In this document: positions 48,095 to 57,427 of the stretch, piece after piece
Numbering within the stretch: the first letter of the stretch is position 1
How the letters are laid out: every line of letters starts with the position of its first letter
DNA from: Leptospirales bacterium
GTDB lineage: Bacteria; Spirochaetota; Leptospiria; Turneriellales; JAOUFE01
Direction of reading: 5' to 3'
DNA length: 64,000 bases
Assembly (NCBI GenBank): GCA_040326155.1
Contig: JBEQLE010000008.1
Location: 13,531-77,530 of the forward strand
Notes under the pieces: model-generated
The model's input: only the letters and a program-made list of their open reading frames with translations
The model's database searches: none
Told to the model about the DNA's origin: nothing
Made by a program: the position numbers and the translations under genes

Positions 48095-48130
48095 ATGTTC
48101 AATATACTGCATATTGGAGGTAAACACATT

Positions 48131-48361
48131 ATGGGTCAATTATCGATTTACATAGATAATGAAACTTTGAAAAAAGTAGAGCAAGCGGCAGAAAATGAAA
48201 GTGTTTCGGTTTCGAAATGGATTACAAGTCGCCTGAAAAATTCTTTTCAAACAAACTGGGACGAGAGTTTCTTTTCCTTATATGGATCGATTAACGATAG
48301 TTCTTTTAAAAGGCCTGAGCAAATTAGCTACGAGCATGATTCAAAAAGAGAAACGTTGTGA
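48131..48361 (+). CDS. vapB: RHH-type antitoxin (VapB-like)
   Basis: MGQLSIYIDNETLKKVEQAAENESVSVSKWI; RBS GGAGG; 4-bp overlap with the PIN gene. Confidence 0.82.
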   Translation: MGQLSIYIDNETLKKVEQAAENESVSVSKWITSRLKNSFQTNWDESFFSLYGSINDSSFKRPEQISYEHDSKRETL

Positions 48362-48759
48362 ATATTTTTTTAGATTCAAATATTTGCATCTACTATTTAA
48401 CCGGGAAGTATCCGGTTATTACGGAAAATATAAAAAACAACGACCCGATACGTGTAAAAATTCCATCTCTCGTAAAGGCCGAATTAACGGTAGGTGCGCT
48501 CAAAAGCAAAAGACAAACCGAAAACCTGCATATAATAAATACTTTTCTTTCTTACTTTGAAATTATTCCATTCGGCAATATGGAATCTGAAATTTATGCC
48601 GAAGTAAGAGCTAGCCTGGAAACATCCGGTAAAATAATTGGCCCCAATGACCTGATTATTGCAGCGACGGTGATGGCAAACAATGGTATACTAATTACCA
48701 ATAATGAAAAAGAGTTTAAAAGGGTGAAGAATCTGCGTATCGAAAACTGGGTGAAATAA
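48358..48759 (+). CDS. vapC: PIN-domain toxin
   Basis: FLDSNICI, AEL, IGPNDLIIAA, LITNNEKEFKRV..L..ENW. Confidence 0.94.
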   Translation: MNIFLDSNICIYYLTGKYPVITENIKNNDPIRVKIPSLVKAELTVGALKSKRQTENLHIINTFLSYFEIIPFGNMESEIYAEVRASLETSGKIIGPNDLIIAATVMANNGILITNNEKEFKRVKNLRIENWVK

Positions 48760-48844
48760 TCTTTATAAAAAAAAGAGTTACTATTAGTACTTCGTCTTTT
48801 AGTTATGAAACTCACCTTCCTCTTCGGGTTTTACGCCCGAAAAA

Positions 48845-48909
48845 TCCATCTTCGTATCTTAATCATATCAATCCTGTAAATCCTGTCTAATTCCTTTTCT
48901 CCCTCCCTG
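48845..48909 (+). repeat. 65-bp direct repeat, right of vapBC
   Basis: 62/65 identical to 47992..48056. Confidence 0.9.
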
Positions 48910-48990
48910 CTTTCCTCATAGCCATTCTTTTCTTTATTATTTTATAATAAATATTGACAAAACAGATTCTCTTTACTAATATAATTAGCA

Positions 48991-49647
48991 ATGGAAAAAC
49001 AAAATGCTACATCGGCAATTCAGAGGTCATGGATTCTAATTTTACTCTTTCTCGCTGTGGGATGTTCGCAAATTCCCGAGCACTTGAAATCTGTTCCGCT
49101 CGATGCTAAAGACACTAAGCCGTTGTCCGTAAACCAGGACATTCCGAATGTTGATATGGAAATTGAAGGCACCGAATTTCGAGAATATGTAACCGGAAAA
49201 CCACTTATACTGATTTTCTACAGGGGTGGATGGTGTCCGTATTGCAATACTCACTTTGGTGAAATTTCAACAATTCAAGATGAGTTGATTTCGATGGGAG
49301 TACGTATAATTGCGATTAGCCCCGACAGTCAGGAAAGTTTAATGAGTACGAAAGAAAAACATATGATGAAATATGAACTTGTCTCTGATCAAGATGCGAA
49401 AATTATTGCCGCTTTTGGTTTAGCTTACCGGGTAACGGACAAACGGGTTTCTATTTACAAGCAACACAAAATGGATATTGAAAAAGCCTCCGGTCGAAAC
49501 CATAGAGTATTGCCGGTTCCAGCAGTTTATCTGGTCAATTCAAAAGGAACCATCATTTACAAATATGCCAACCCAGACTACAAAGTCAGATTGCAACCTG
49601 AAGAACTATTAAAAGAGGTAAAGGCTCTTATTGAAAACGAAATGTAG
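48991..49647 (+). CDS. Peroxiredoxin-like (AhpC/TSA) lipoprotein
   Basis: Lipobox LAVG-C; FYRGGWCPYC; AISPD; LPVPAVY. Confidence 0.9.
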   Translation: MEKQNATSAIQRSWILILLFLAVGCSQIPEHLKSVPLDAKDTKPLSVNQDIPNVDMEIEGTEFREYVTGKPLILIFYRGGWCPYCNTHFGEISTIQDELISMGVRIIAISPDSQESLMSTKEKHMMKYELVSDQDAKIIAAFGLAYRVTDKRVSIYKQHKMDIEKASGRNHRVLPVPAVYLVNSKGTIIYKYANPDYKVRLQPEELLKEVKALIENEM

Positions 49648-49730
49648 GGTTTCGGTCAATTTACAGATTGACCAATAATGTTTGAGAATATTACTTGACC
49701 GTTCGCAATCCATGAATCAGACGGTATATA

Positions 49731-50489
49731 ATGAAATCGGGCGCAAATTATAATCAATTTTCAGGTGAACAAAGACATTCGCTTCAAAAGCTGGCTCAAA
49801 ACCTTTTGGTGTTGGCAGATGTCCAGGCGAAAGAACTTGAAGTTCGTTTAATTGAACTTGAAATAGACCCTCCTTTTTTTCTGTATAAACCATGCTCTTT
49901 ATTATCGCGCGGTGTAACTCCAGGTAAAGTAGAAGCCATTATTTTAAACTATATCGATACCGGTAATTTTAAAGGGTATGAAAGAGCCAAACGCAAGTGT
50001 GTCACGCTGTTTACCAAAACCTTTGGACTCGGTCACTCTGTACTCACCGATGAATTTAATGATTATTTTGGAATAGACATACTGAAGGAACCTTCTGAGG
50101 AGCAAACCAAAGAAGATGATGACGAAGACGACGATTTTAATGTTCCAAAGTTTGTTAACGATATCTGGGACAAAGAACCGATGTCCGATAAAACTCTCGC
50201 TTTAGAAGAGTTTCTTACTTCTACCCCTTTCGATCAGTGGTCCGGTCTTGTACCTCAATTTGCCAGAGATTACGCAAGGCAATTTATAGCAGCCTTAGCC
50301 GGAGCCAGCGGTAGCGCTATTGCAATTGTAATGCGATACCTTCAGGAAGAACCCGAAATATCTGAAGAAATTGCTATTTCGCTTAGTGAGCAAGAGTACA
50401 CGGAAGAGACCGTGATCATGGCCCAGGAAATGGTTATAATGTTAATTCAACAAGAATTGGATAAAAGCGAAGCAGAGGTTCCCGCATGA
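49731..50489 (+). CDS. Hypothetical protein, MotA-cytoplasmic-like N-part and FliG-C-like C-part
   Basis: PFFLYK..SLL..G..P..V..I segment; AALAGAS...V..AQ..V...I segment; acidic linker; no TM helix. Confidence 0.6.
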   Translation: MKSGANYNQFSGEQRHSLQKLAQNLLVLADVQAKELEVRLIELEIDPPFFLYKPCSLLSRGVTPGKVEAIILNYIDTGNFKGYERAKRKCVTLFTKTFGLGHSVLTDEFNDYFGIDILKEPSEEQTKEDDDEDDDFNVPKFVNDIWDKEPMSDKTLALEEFLTSTPFDQWSGLVPQFARDYARQFIAALAGASGSAIAIVMRYLQEEPEISEEIAISLSEQEYTEETVIMAQEMVIMLIQQELDKSEAEVPA

Positions 50490-50914
50490 GTAGACTCTTA
50501 GATGGAATTCATTACGATTCTGGTTCAGGAATAATCGATCGATCGGGGGCCGAAGAGATCGCCCTCTTGTATATTGACCTGGCCGTCCATGTGAAAAAAA
50601 ATGGCCGCGAATCTATTGAGTCCTGGATTCATGCTACGGAACGTCCCATTCTAATACGAGAAGCGCTCGAAGGAATCTATCTGGGAATTAGCGGGAGCGA
50701 AATTCGCGAACGCCACCGGGCGGAAATTCGGGAGGCGGGGCTATACGGAACAGAGCTACTCGAAACAATTGTAGCAGCCGAAGGCGCAGCGCTTATCGCC
50801 GACAACGAAAATCCCTCGTATACATTTGAATACATTGCTTCTTTATTTGGGGAAGAGTACTTCAGTACCTTTAAAAATAACTTAAAAAAGCTATATACAT
50901 CCTGGTCGAAATAA
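50486..50914 (+). CDS. Hypothetical protein resembling a soluble MotA cytoplasmic domain
   Basis: KKNGRESIE...LIREALE.I..G....EIRE...EGA..I...ENP; 4-bp overlap with the upstream gene. Confidence 0.6.
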   Translation: MSRLLDGIHYDSGSGIIDRSGAEEIALLYIDLAVHVKKNGRESIESWIHATERPILIREALEGIYLGISGSEIRERHRAEIREAGLYGTELLETIVAAEGAALIADNENPSYTFEYIASLFGEEYFSTFKNNLKKLYTSWSK

Positions 50915-50920
50915 ACCCTA

Positions 50921-51826
50921 TTATTGGTGAATCACTTCGAAATAGTGTTCGGTAAACCCCTCGTATAAACCCAGCATCGCTTGTTTTAAGTAATTCATTT
51001 TGGCTTTCAGTATAGAGTCTTTTTTTGCCCAGCTTAAAATCCGTTTGTGAAACGGGGTTATCATTAAATAACAATATGTCTCGGTAACATCGTGGTACAC
51101 ATCGCTTCTCGAATAATTGTTTACAAACCCTTTTGTGGTGTACTCCCTGAAAAAATAGAGCGGGTCCAACCGGTGTTCTCGAATCATTGCCATCGCCCCA
51201 CCAGGATAATAAGGATCTTTCTTTTCGTTCAATGCGGTCCATTTTTTATAGTCAATAAACCCATGGAACTTGTTTTGCAATACATGAAAAAATTCATGAA
51301 AATAGATGTGCTGTACATAATCTTCCCCCGGAAAAGGGCCCACAACGTTAATAAATAAAATCATCTCTTCGAGGCCAAAACCGCCGCCAACCGGAAAACC
51401 CGCAAAAGTGAGATCTTTTACAAACACAATGGCCTTCAGTTTTACTTTCGCAACAAATTCAGGAGGTAGTTTTACCCAACCCTTGTTAAAACCCTGTACA
51501 TACTGCTCCAGAAGATTGTGATCTTTCGATGTTAAGAATTTCCATTTGTAGCTGCCGCCATATATCTTTGGCTGACGCCGGGCTTTATCCCCTGTCGAAA
51601 ATTTATCGATACCAACCATAAGATTATAGTCTTTTGCAATCTGGCCCAATTGAATAAAGGCGTCATTGCCTCCGCTTGTTTCACTCTGCGAACCCAGCTT
51701 TTCTATAATCGCAGTGTTGTGTTCTCGATCTTTCTCTAAAAGATTTTCCTGCGCAAAACTTCCCTGTTGAAAACCCTGGAACATAACAAATAAAAGAACT
51801 GCTGTTTGAATCGACTTTTTCTTCAT
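50921..51826 (-). CDS. Secreted putative zinc metallopeptidase
   Basis: Signal peptide, HEFFH, GFVNNYS...D..E. Confidence 0.75.
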   Translation of the reverse strand: MKKKSIQTAVLLFVMFQGFQQGSFAQENLLEKDREHNTAIIEKLGSQSETSGGNDAFIQLGQIAKDYNLMVGIDKFSTGDKARRQPKIYGGSYKWKFLTSKDHNLLEQYVQGFNKGWVKLPPEFVAKVKLKAIVFVKDLTFAGFPVGGGFGLEEMILFINVVGPFPGEDYVQHIYFHEFFHVLQNKFHGFIDYKKWTALNEKKDPYYPGGAMAMIREHRLDPLYFFREYTTKGFVNNYSRSDVYHDVTETYCYLMITPFHKRILSWAKKDSILKAKMNYLKQAMLGLYEGFTEHYFEVIHQ

Positions 51827-51958
51827 GGCAATTTACTCCGTCGTTCTAACTTAGAAGTTTGCACTATTCTGTCAAGTGTGACTCAAAAATTCTTTGCTCC
51901 CCCTTTTATATTGACCTGAATTTCAAAAAGAAGTTGACTCTTCATCTAAAGCAAAACA

Positions 51959-52378
51959 ATGACTGTTATGCTTGAAGCGTTTGACGGATTTATTGCCGCA
52001 GTGTCCAGTGAACTAAAGATTCCTTTTCAAAAGGAAGATGATGGTGAGTATACTGCCAATATTGATTTTGAAGGTGGTCGACACCAAAAGGTCTGGGTTA
52101 CGCTCGATCGTGACGAAGCTGGCGATCCCATTATCAATTACTATTCTCATATATGTAAAATCGCTCAAGATAATCTTGAGATATTTAAAGAAGCCCTTAG
52201 TCTGAACACCTCCCTTACATATGGAGCTACCGCTTTAATGGGCGATGACAACTTAATTATGCACCAGGCTACTTTTTTAAAAGATATGGATCCGCAAAGG
52301 TTTATAAAATCTCTTTTTTACGTTGCTGCAAAAGCGGACGAACTTGAAGAGCAATTTATTGGCCAGGACATCTCTTAG
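51959..52378 (+). CDS. YbjN/CesT chaperone-like protein
   Basis: GGRHQKVWV, L.LN..L.YGA, VA.KADELE pattern. Confidence 0.7.
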   Translation: MTVMLEAFDGFIAAVSSELKIPFQKEDDGEYTANIDFEGGRHQKVWVTLDRDEAGDPIINYYSHICKIAQDNLEIFKEALSLNTSLTYGATALMGDDNLIMHQATFLKDMDPQRFIKSLFYVAAKADELEEQFIGQDIS

Positions 52379-52380
52379 CA

Positions 52381-53367
52381 ATGACAGAAACTCCCGTTAA
52401 AATATCATACTGGGGTTCTCCAGGTATATCCGCTGCGCTTTTAAAAGTTCTTATAGACGATTCTCGTTTTCAAATAGAGTTTGTGGTTTCACAGCCCGAT
52501 AAGCCGCGCTCAGGAAGAGGACGCGAAGTTATTCCCACCCCCGTAAAAGCCGTAGCTCTTGAAAACTCAATTCCCGTGTATACTCCGGTAGCCCTGAAAA
52601 AAAATACTGAGACAATATTATCCGATTGGAACTCATATAAACCCGCAGTGCATGTTGTTTTTGCTTATGGAAAAATTATTCCGGAAGCCCTGTTCTCATC
52701 GCCCGCTCTTGGCTCAGTAAACTTTCACGCCTCTTTATTGCCATTGCTGCGCGGGGCGTCGCCCATTGAACATTCGCTCTGGCATGGGTTTTCTAAAACC
52801 GGATGGACCTTGCAACAAGTGGCCAACCGTCTCGACACAGGAAATATTCTGGCTCAAACCATTATAGACATTGAGCCTGCGGACTCCACGTCAACTGTCG
52901 CTCAAAAGCTTTTCGACCAATTAGAAAAGTGGAGTCCCGAAGCCCTTCTTGATTACGTCGCAGGCAAACTAACCCCGATTGAACAACAAGAAGACATGGC
53001 TACTCACTGCGGTAAAATTTATCCTGAAATGGGAAAAATTGAATGGTCTAAAACATCTACAGAAATTAATAACATGGCTCGCGCTTTACAAGAAAGACCG
53101 GGAGTCTTTTCTTATTGGAATAAAACACGTATAAAAATATTCTTTGATTTTCAGACTGCCGCGCTCCAACCTGAAAATAGCGAAGTACTACCGCCTGGTT
53201 CCATAAGCGACATCTCTGATAATGGAATTTTTATTACCTGTGCGGACGGTCTGTCTTTAAAGGTTTTATACATTCAACCTGACGGTAAAAAAAGACTAAG
53301 TGCCAAAGATTTTGTAAACGGGTATCGAGTGAAGCTCGGGGACCTTTTCACCTCGGGTATCGAATAA
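52381..53367 (+). CDS. fmt: Methionyl-tRNA formyltransferase
   Basis: VVSQPDKP.GRG, AYGKI, NFHASLLPLLRGASPI, LDTG, QPDGKK. Confidence 0.95.
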   Translation: MTETPVKISYWGSPGISAALLKVLIDDSRFQIEFVVSQPDKPRSGRGREVIPTPVKAVALENSIPVYTPVALKKNTETILSDWNSYKPAVHVVFAYGKIIPEALFSSPALGSVNFHASLLPLLRGASPIEHSLWHGFSKTGWTLQQVANRLDTGNILAQTIIDIEPADSTSTVAQKLFDQLEKWSPEALLDYVAGKLTPIEQQEDMATHCGKIYPEMGKIEWSKTSTEINNMARALQERPGVFSYWNKTRIKIFFDFQTAALQPENSEVLPPGSISDISDNGIFITCADGLSLKVLYIQPDGKKRLSAKDFVNGYRVKLGDLFTSGIE

Positions 53368-53424
53368 GACGAGTCCTTAAAACGTATCACCTTTTCGAAG
53401 GCCCGAATTTAACCCGGAGAAAAT

Positions 53425-54726
53425 ATGCCAAAAGAATCTACGAATAAAAAACCCAAAGCTTCCAAAGGGTATGAAACCCTGGCAAGCTTTGCGCTACCCA
53501 GGCGACCCAAGCCAGATCTATTTGCATGGACCAAACCGTTTCAACTCAGAATATCCCAAATAGAAGAAGCGGGTCACAATTTATCCCGAAGAGTTATGCT
53601 CTCTGAAAATGGAAACCGGGTTCTTGTGGAAGATTCCACGTCAAATACAGAACGCGAAATGATTATGATGGGGTCAAACTCCTACCTGGGTTTAAACAAC
53701 CATCCGCGCGTCAAAAAAGCCGCCATAGAAGCCATCGAAAAATATGGAACCGGCGCCGGGTCTCCCCCTCATTTTTCAGGTTACTTCGATATTCACCGAA
53801 AGCTGGAAAAAAATATTACATGGCTAAAAGGGTCCGAAGCTGCCATCATTTTTCCATCCGGTTATTCAACGAATGTTGGCCTTATATCCTGTTTTATGGG
53901 ACCAAAAGATACTATTATACTCGATAAACTCGCTCATGCTTCCATTATTGATGGAGCTCTACTCTCTGGCGTTAAAATTGTTACCTATTTACATAACAAT
54001 ATGGAATCTCTGGAAAGAGCCTTAATCAGTACTAAAAAAAATACCGAAGGCGACAGGCTTGTTGTAGTCGAAGGTGTTTACTCTATGGACGGAGATATTG
54101 CTCCACTCGATGAAATTTATGCGCTGACTGAAAAACACGGGGCAAAACTCATGGTCGACGAGGCCCACTCTACGGGAGTTTTAGGTAAAACGGGTCGCGG
54201 TGCAACCGAACATTATAACCTCGACGGTAAAATCGACCTTGTTATGGGTACATTCTCCAAGTCCCTCGGAGGTGTCGGCGGGTTTGTCGCCGCAAAAAAA
54301 GAAATTATACAATACCTCCGGTTTTACTCCCGGGCTTACTTCTTCGCCGCTTCTCCGTCTCCATCACAAGTCGCGGCGCAAAACGAAGCTGTCAATGTGT
54401 TAAGAGAAGAACCCATCTGGCATAAGCGCTTAATGGAAAACATAACATACTTTCACACTCAACTACGAGAGAATAATTATGATATCGGCGATACCATAAC
54501 CCCCATTACTCCTCTGGAGATTGGTGAACCCGTAAAATTACTTTCCATTGCCAGGTTTTTCAACGACAACAATGTGTTTGTAAATCCCGTTCCTTTTCCA
54601 GCCGTTCCGCGCAAAAAAGATCGTTTACGATTTTCCGTTACAGCTTTGCATACAAAAAAAGATCTGGATGAAGTTCTCGAAGTTCTCGACGCTGCCGATA
54701 AAAAGTTTAAAATTCGAAAAACGTAA
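53425..54726 (+). CDS. Alpha-oxoamine synthase family PLP enzyme (serine palmitoyltransferase/BioF/Kbl-like)
   Basis: GSNSYLGL, HASIIDG, EGVYSMDGD, DEAHS, GTFSKSLG, PAVP. Confidence 0.9.
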   Translation: MPKESTNKKPKASKGYETLASFALPRRPKPDLFAWTKPFQLRISQIEEAGHNLSRRVMLSENGNRVLVEDSTSNTEREMIMMGSNSYLGLNNHPRVKKAAIEAIEKYGTGAGSPPHFSGYFDIHRKLEKNITWLKGSEAAIIFPSGYSTNVGLISCFMGPKDTIILDKLAHASIIDGALLSGVKIVTYLHNNMESLERALISTKKNTEGDRLVVVEGVYSMDGDIAPLDEIYALTEKHGAKLMVDEAHSTGVLGKTGRGATEHYNLDGKIDLVMGTFSKSLGGVGGFVAAKKEIIQYLRFYSRAYFFAASPSPSQVAAQNEAVNVLREEPIWHKRLMENITYFHTQLRENNYDIGDTITPITPLEIGEPVKLLSIARFFNDNNVFVNPVPFPAVPRKKDRLRFSVTALHTKKDLDEVLEVLDAADKKFKIRKT

Positions 54727-54744
54727 GTCAATCGCCGCTTCAAA

Positions 54745-55446
54745 TTATTTGGATTGAACGAAAATATATTGTGCAATAGATTTATCGAGCGCAATCGTTG
54801 TATGCCCGATTTCTAAAACTACGGAAGGTTTTTTCTGAATTAAGCGAATCTCTTCTCCAGGTAAAATACCCAGATGAGCCAGCGATTTCTCAGGATTTTG
54901 AATATATTGAATTTTACCCAGTTTCCCGATTTCAAAATCGGAAAGTTTACACAACACGGGGCGCAGACTGAGTACACGCCTGGTATTGGAACGTGGTATT
55001 TTTTTTCCATCCGGCGACGAATCAGGATATCCTAAAAAAGCACTGATCGCGTCGAGAATTTCATCTTCAACGATATGCTCCATGTAGTGTGCTGCCTTAT
55101 CCGCATTCTCTGGAGAAATACCTAACGCATCTACCATCAGACGTTGCGCCAGACGGTAACCTCGAACCAGAAGTTCAGCTTTTTTCGTTCCAACTTTTGT
55201 GAGTACAACCCCATCGGGGGTCTCTTCTATAAGTTTGTCGGTCTTCATAGAAGTGACAATCTCGGCCAAAACCGTTTCTTCTATTCGTCCGCGAAAAAGC
55301 TTTTCAATACCTGCCATATGGCCGGCTTTGTTTTTCTCAATTTTATCATATAAAAACTCAAGTATATGATCGACCGTCTCATGGTGGTCATCTTTATGAA
55401 ATACAAATGTTTTCATATATTCTCCGAATTCAAACTTGTCTTTCAC
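54745..55446 (-). CDS. DtxR/MntR-family metal-dependent regulator with C-terminal FeoA domain
   Basis: LT..G...A..L.R..RL, A..MEH, GYP..SPDGK.IP, LGILPG...FeoA. Alternative start at 55416. Confidence 0.88.
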   Translation of the reverse strand: MKDKFEFGEYMKTFVFHKDDHHETVDHILEFLYDKIEKNKAGHMAGIEKLFRGRIEETVLAEIVTSMKTDKLIEETPDGVVLTKVGTKKAELLVRGYRLAQRLMVDALGISPENADKAAHYMEHIVEDEILDAISAFLGYPDSSPDGKKIPRSNTRRVLSLRPVLCKLSDFEIGKLGKIQYIQNPEKSLAHLGILPGEEIRLIQKKPSVVLEIGHTTIALDKSIAQYIFVQSK

Positions 55447-55530
55447 GGATAGCCGTCAAGGCTTTTGCCATTTCTTCATTATATTTTCTGTTTATGATTG
55501 ACGACCTGCAAAAAAAACCAACAATACCAT

Positions 55531-55845
55531 ATGGCAGCATCTGAGAAAAAAACCGTAACTCCAGAAGAGGTTAAAAAAATTGCAGCTTTAAGCAGATTAA
55601 ACCTTGAAGGCAAAGAACTGGAAAATTTAACCGAAGATTTTAACCAGATACTCGAATTTGTAGCGCAAATAGATGAAGTAAATACGGATAATGTCAAACC
55701 ATTAAACCACGTATTGGACCTGGAGAATGTAACAAGAAAAGATGAGCCCGTTGCCTCTTTCAACCGGGAAGATGTCGAAAGTATTGCGCCCGAATTTAAT
55801 GCGGGTTATTTTGTGGTGCCGCAAATCATTGACGCTGAATCCTGA
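55531..55845 (+). CDS. gatC: Asp/Glu-tRNA amidotransferase subunit C
   Basis: EVKKIAALSRL, VKPL.H, RKDE, APE...YFVVPQII. Confidence 0.94.
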   Translation: MAASEKKTVTPEEVKKIAALSRLNLEGKELENLTEDFNQILEFVAQIDEVNTDNVKPLNHVLDLENVTRKDEPVASFNREDVESIAPEFNAGYFVVPQIIDAES

Positions 55846-56666
55846 TGCTAAGCGGTTCTCATGAAAACCAGCAATACCAGGACTTTTTAATTTCCGAATC
55901 CCGGCGGGGTCTTATTCCACCGGATTTATACGACGCACTAATACCAAATTTTCAAGAGGACATGGTCTTACTCGATTTCGGATGCGGGCTGGGTTACACT
56001 TCCGGGTTTTACTCTGAGAAATTTAGAAACGAAAAAAACTTAAATATATTTGCCTGCGACTACCAGGTAGAAATTCTCGATTCACTCTGGAGAAGAATCG
56101 TAGAAAACAAGCTAAAGCATATCACTCCGTTTTTTATGCCCAAACGTTCGAGGCTCCATTTTCCCAAATGGATATTGCCGGCCGACCATGTGTTTTTTTC
56201 TCTTTCCTTATCAACGACGGAAAACCCTGTTGATGTATTAACGACGATAAAACCCACTCTAAAGGAAGGGGGTCTGGTACACATTATCGGATGGGATAAA
56301 GAAAAAACCCACCCCTTACTTACAGACATTGTTCCCGAAAAAGAGAGACTCTCCCTCGGGCAAGTTGAAAGTTATCTGGGCATTGCCCGTTATAATATTA
56401 TCAAGCAGTATAAAACGTCAGGGCCATTTTTTGCATTGACAGTAGTCCCGCAACCGGTACAGGATGATTCTTACACAGTGAAAACGGAAAAGCCTGTTCC
56501 ACCGAAACCCGACTTACCAAAACCTGACTTGCCGAAACCAGACCTGCCGAAACCAGACCTGCCGCAAGAGACCCCTCTTGAAAATGATAAGAACGAAAAA
56601 GATCTGATAGATGAATATTTACCCATCCCCCCTGAGACACTGGAATCACCGGAAGAAGGTTCGTAA
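55845..56666 (+). CDS. Class I SAM-dependent methyltransferase-like protein with Pro-rich tail
   Basis: LLDFGCGLG, FACD, LKEGG; (PKPDL)4 tail. Confidence 0.8.
   Translation: MLSGSHENQQYQDFLISESRRGLIPPDLYDALIPNFQEDMVLLDFGCGLGYTSGFYSEKFRNEKNLNIFACDYQVEILDSLWRRIVENKLKHITPFFMPKRSRLHFPKWILPADHVFFSLSLSTTENPVDVLTTIKPTLKEGGLVHIIGWDKEKTHPLLTDIVPEKERLSLGQVESYLGIARYNIIKQYKTSGPFFALTVVPQPVQDDSYTVKTEKPVPPKPDLPKPDLPKPDLPKPDLPQETPLENDKNEKDLIDEYLPIPPETLESPEEGS
56502..56561 (+). repeat. 4 x 15-bp coding tandem repeat (PKPDL)
   Basis: CCGAAACCAGACCTG-type units; the last two are identical. Confidence 0.9.
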
Positions 56667-56668
56667 AA

Positions 56669-57358
56669 TTGGCCCATAGCAAAAAGAAAACAAAAGTAAC
56701 CCTTCGTATAAACATGGCCCAGAGCATGGACGGCCACACAATCGAACCGGACGGGCGATGGTCTCTTGGCAGCAAAGAAGATAAACGAAGAATGGATCGC
56801 CTCAGGTTGTGGGCCGATTGCCTCATTGCTTCTCGCCGCTCCATCGAAAACGATAACCCGAACCTTATTGCGCGCAGCAAAATCAATTCGAAAAGACACC
56901 CGATGCCGGTCATTATATTACAAGATACAAACCGAAAAATCAGATGTGACCGAAGAGTTTTCAAAAAACCTCATCCCCCGGGCGAGTTCTGGGTAAACGC
57001 AAAGTCAGCTCCCTCCCTTCAAGAGATTCTAGAAGAGGAAGGTTTTAAAAAAAGCGTACACGGCGAGTGGAAAGTACGAAACTGGCAAAATGTAACTGAT
57101 ATTCACAATTCTTTAGTGGAGAATGGAAACTCGAAAATATTGCTCGAAGGCGGTCCGACGTTAAACGGACTGTTCCTGAAAGAAAACTTAATCGATGAAG
57201 TCTTCTTTACCATGCTGCCATGCCTCTGGGCAGGCAAAACCTCCGACCGAATTATTACATCTAAAGATTTTTTACCCATGACCCGTTTTAAAGTTCTCAG
57301 CATAGAAAAACGCAATAATGAAGTCTTTTTTAGATATAAAGCAAACAGAAAAAAATAG
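56669..57358 (+). CDS. RibD C-terminal-like reductase
   Basis: NMAQSMDG, DNPNL, LLEGGPTLNG.FL...LIDE. Confidence 0.88.
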   Translation: MAHSKKKTKVTLRINMAQSMDGHTIEPDGRWSLGSKEDKRRMDRLRLWADCLIASRRSIENDNPNLIARSKINSKRHPMPVIILQDTNRKIRCDRRVFKKPHPPGEFWVNAKSAPSLQEILEEEGFKKSVHGEWKVRNWQNVTDIHNSLVENGNSKILLEGGPTLNGLFLKENLIDEVFFTMLPCLWAGKTSDRIITSKDFLPMTRFKVLSIEKRNNEVFFRYKANRKK

Positions 57359-57427
57359 CGTTCTTTAACGAATGATGCTCGATGAGGTTGTCCGCAACTA
57401 AATTTGTGGAAACATGGAGTTCCAGTT

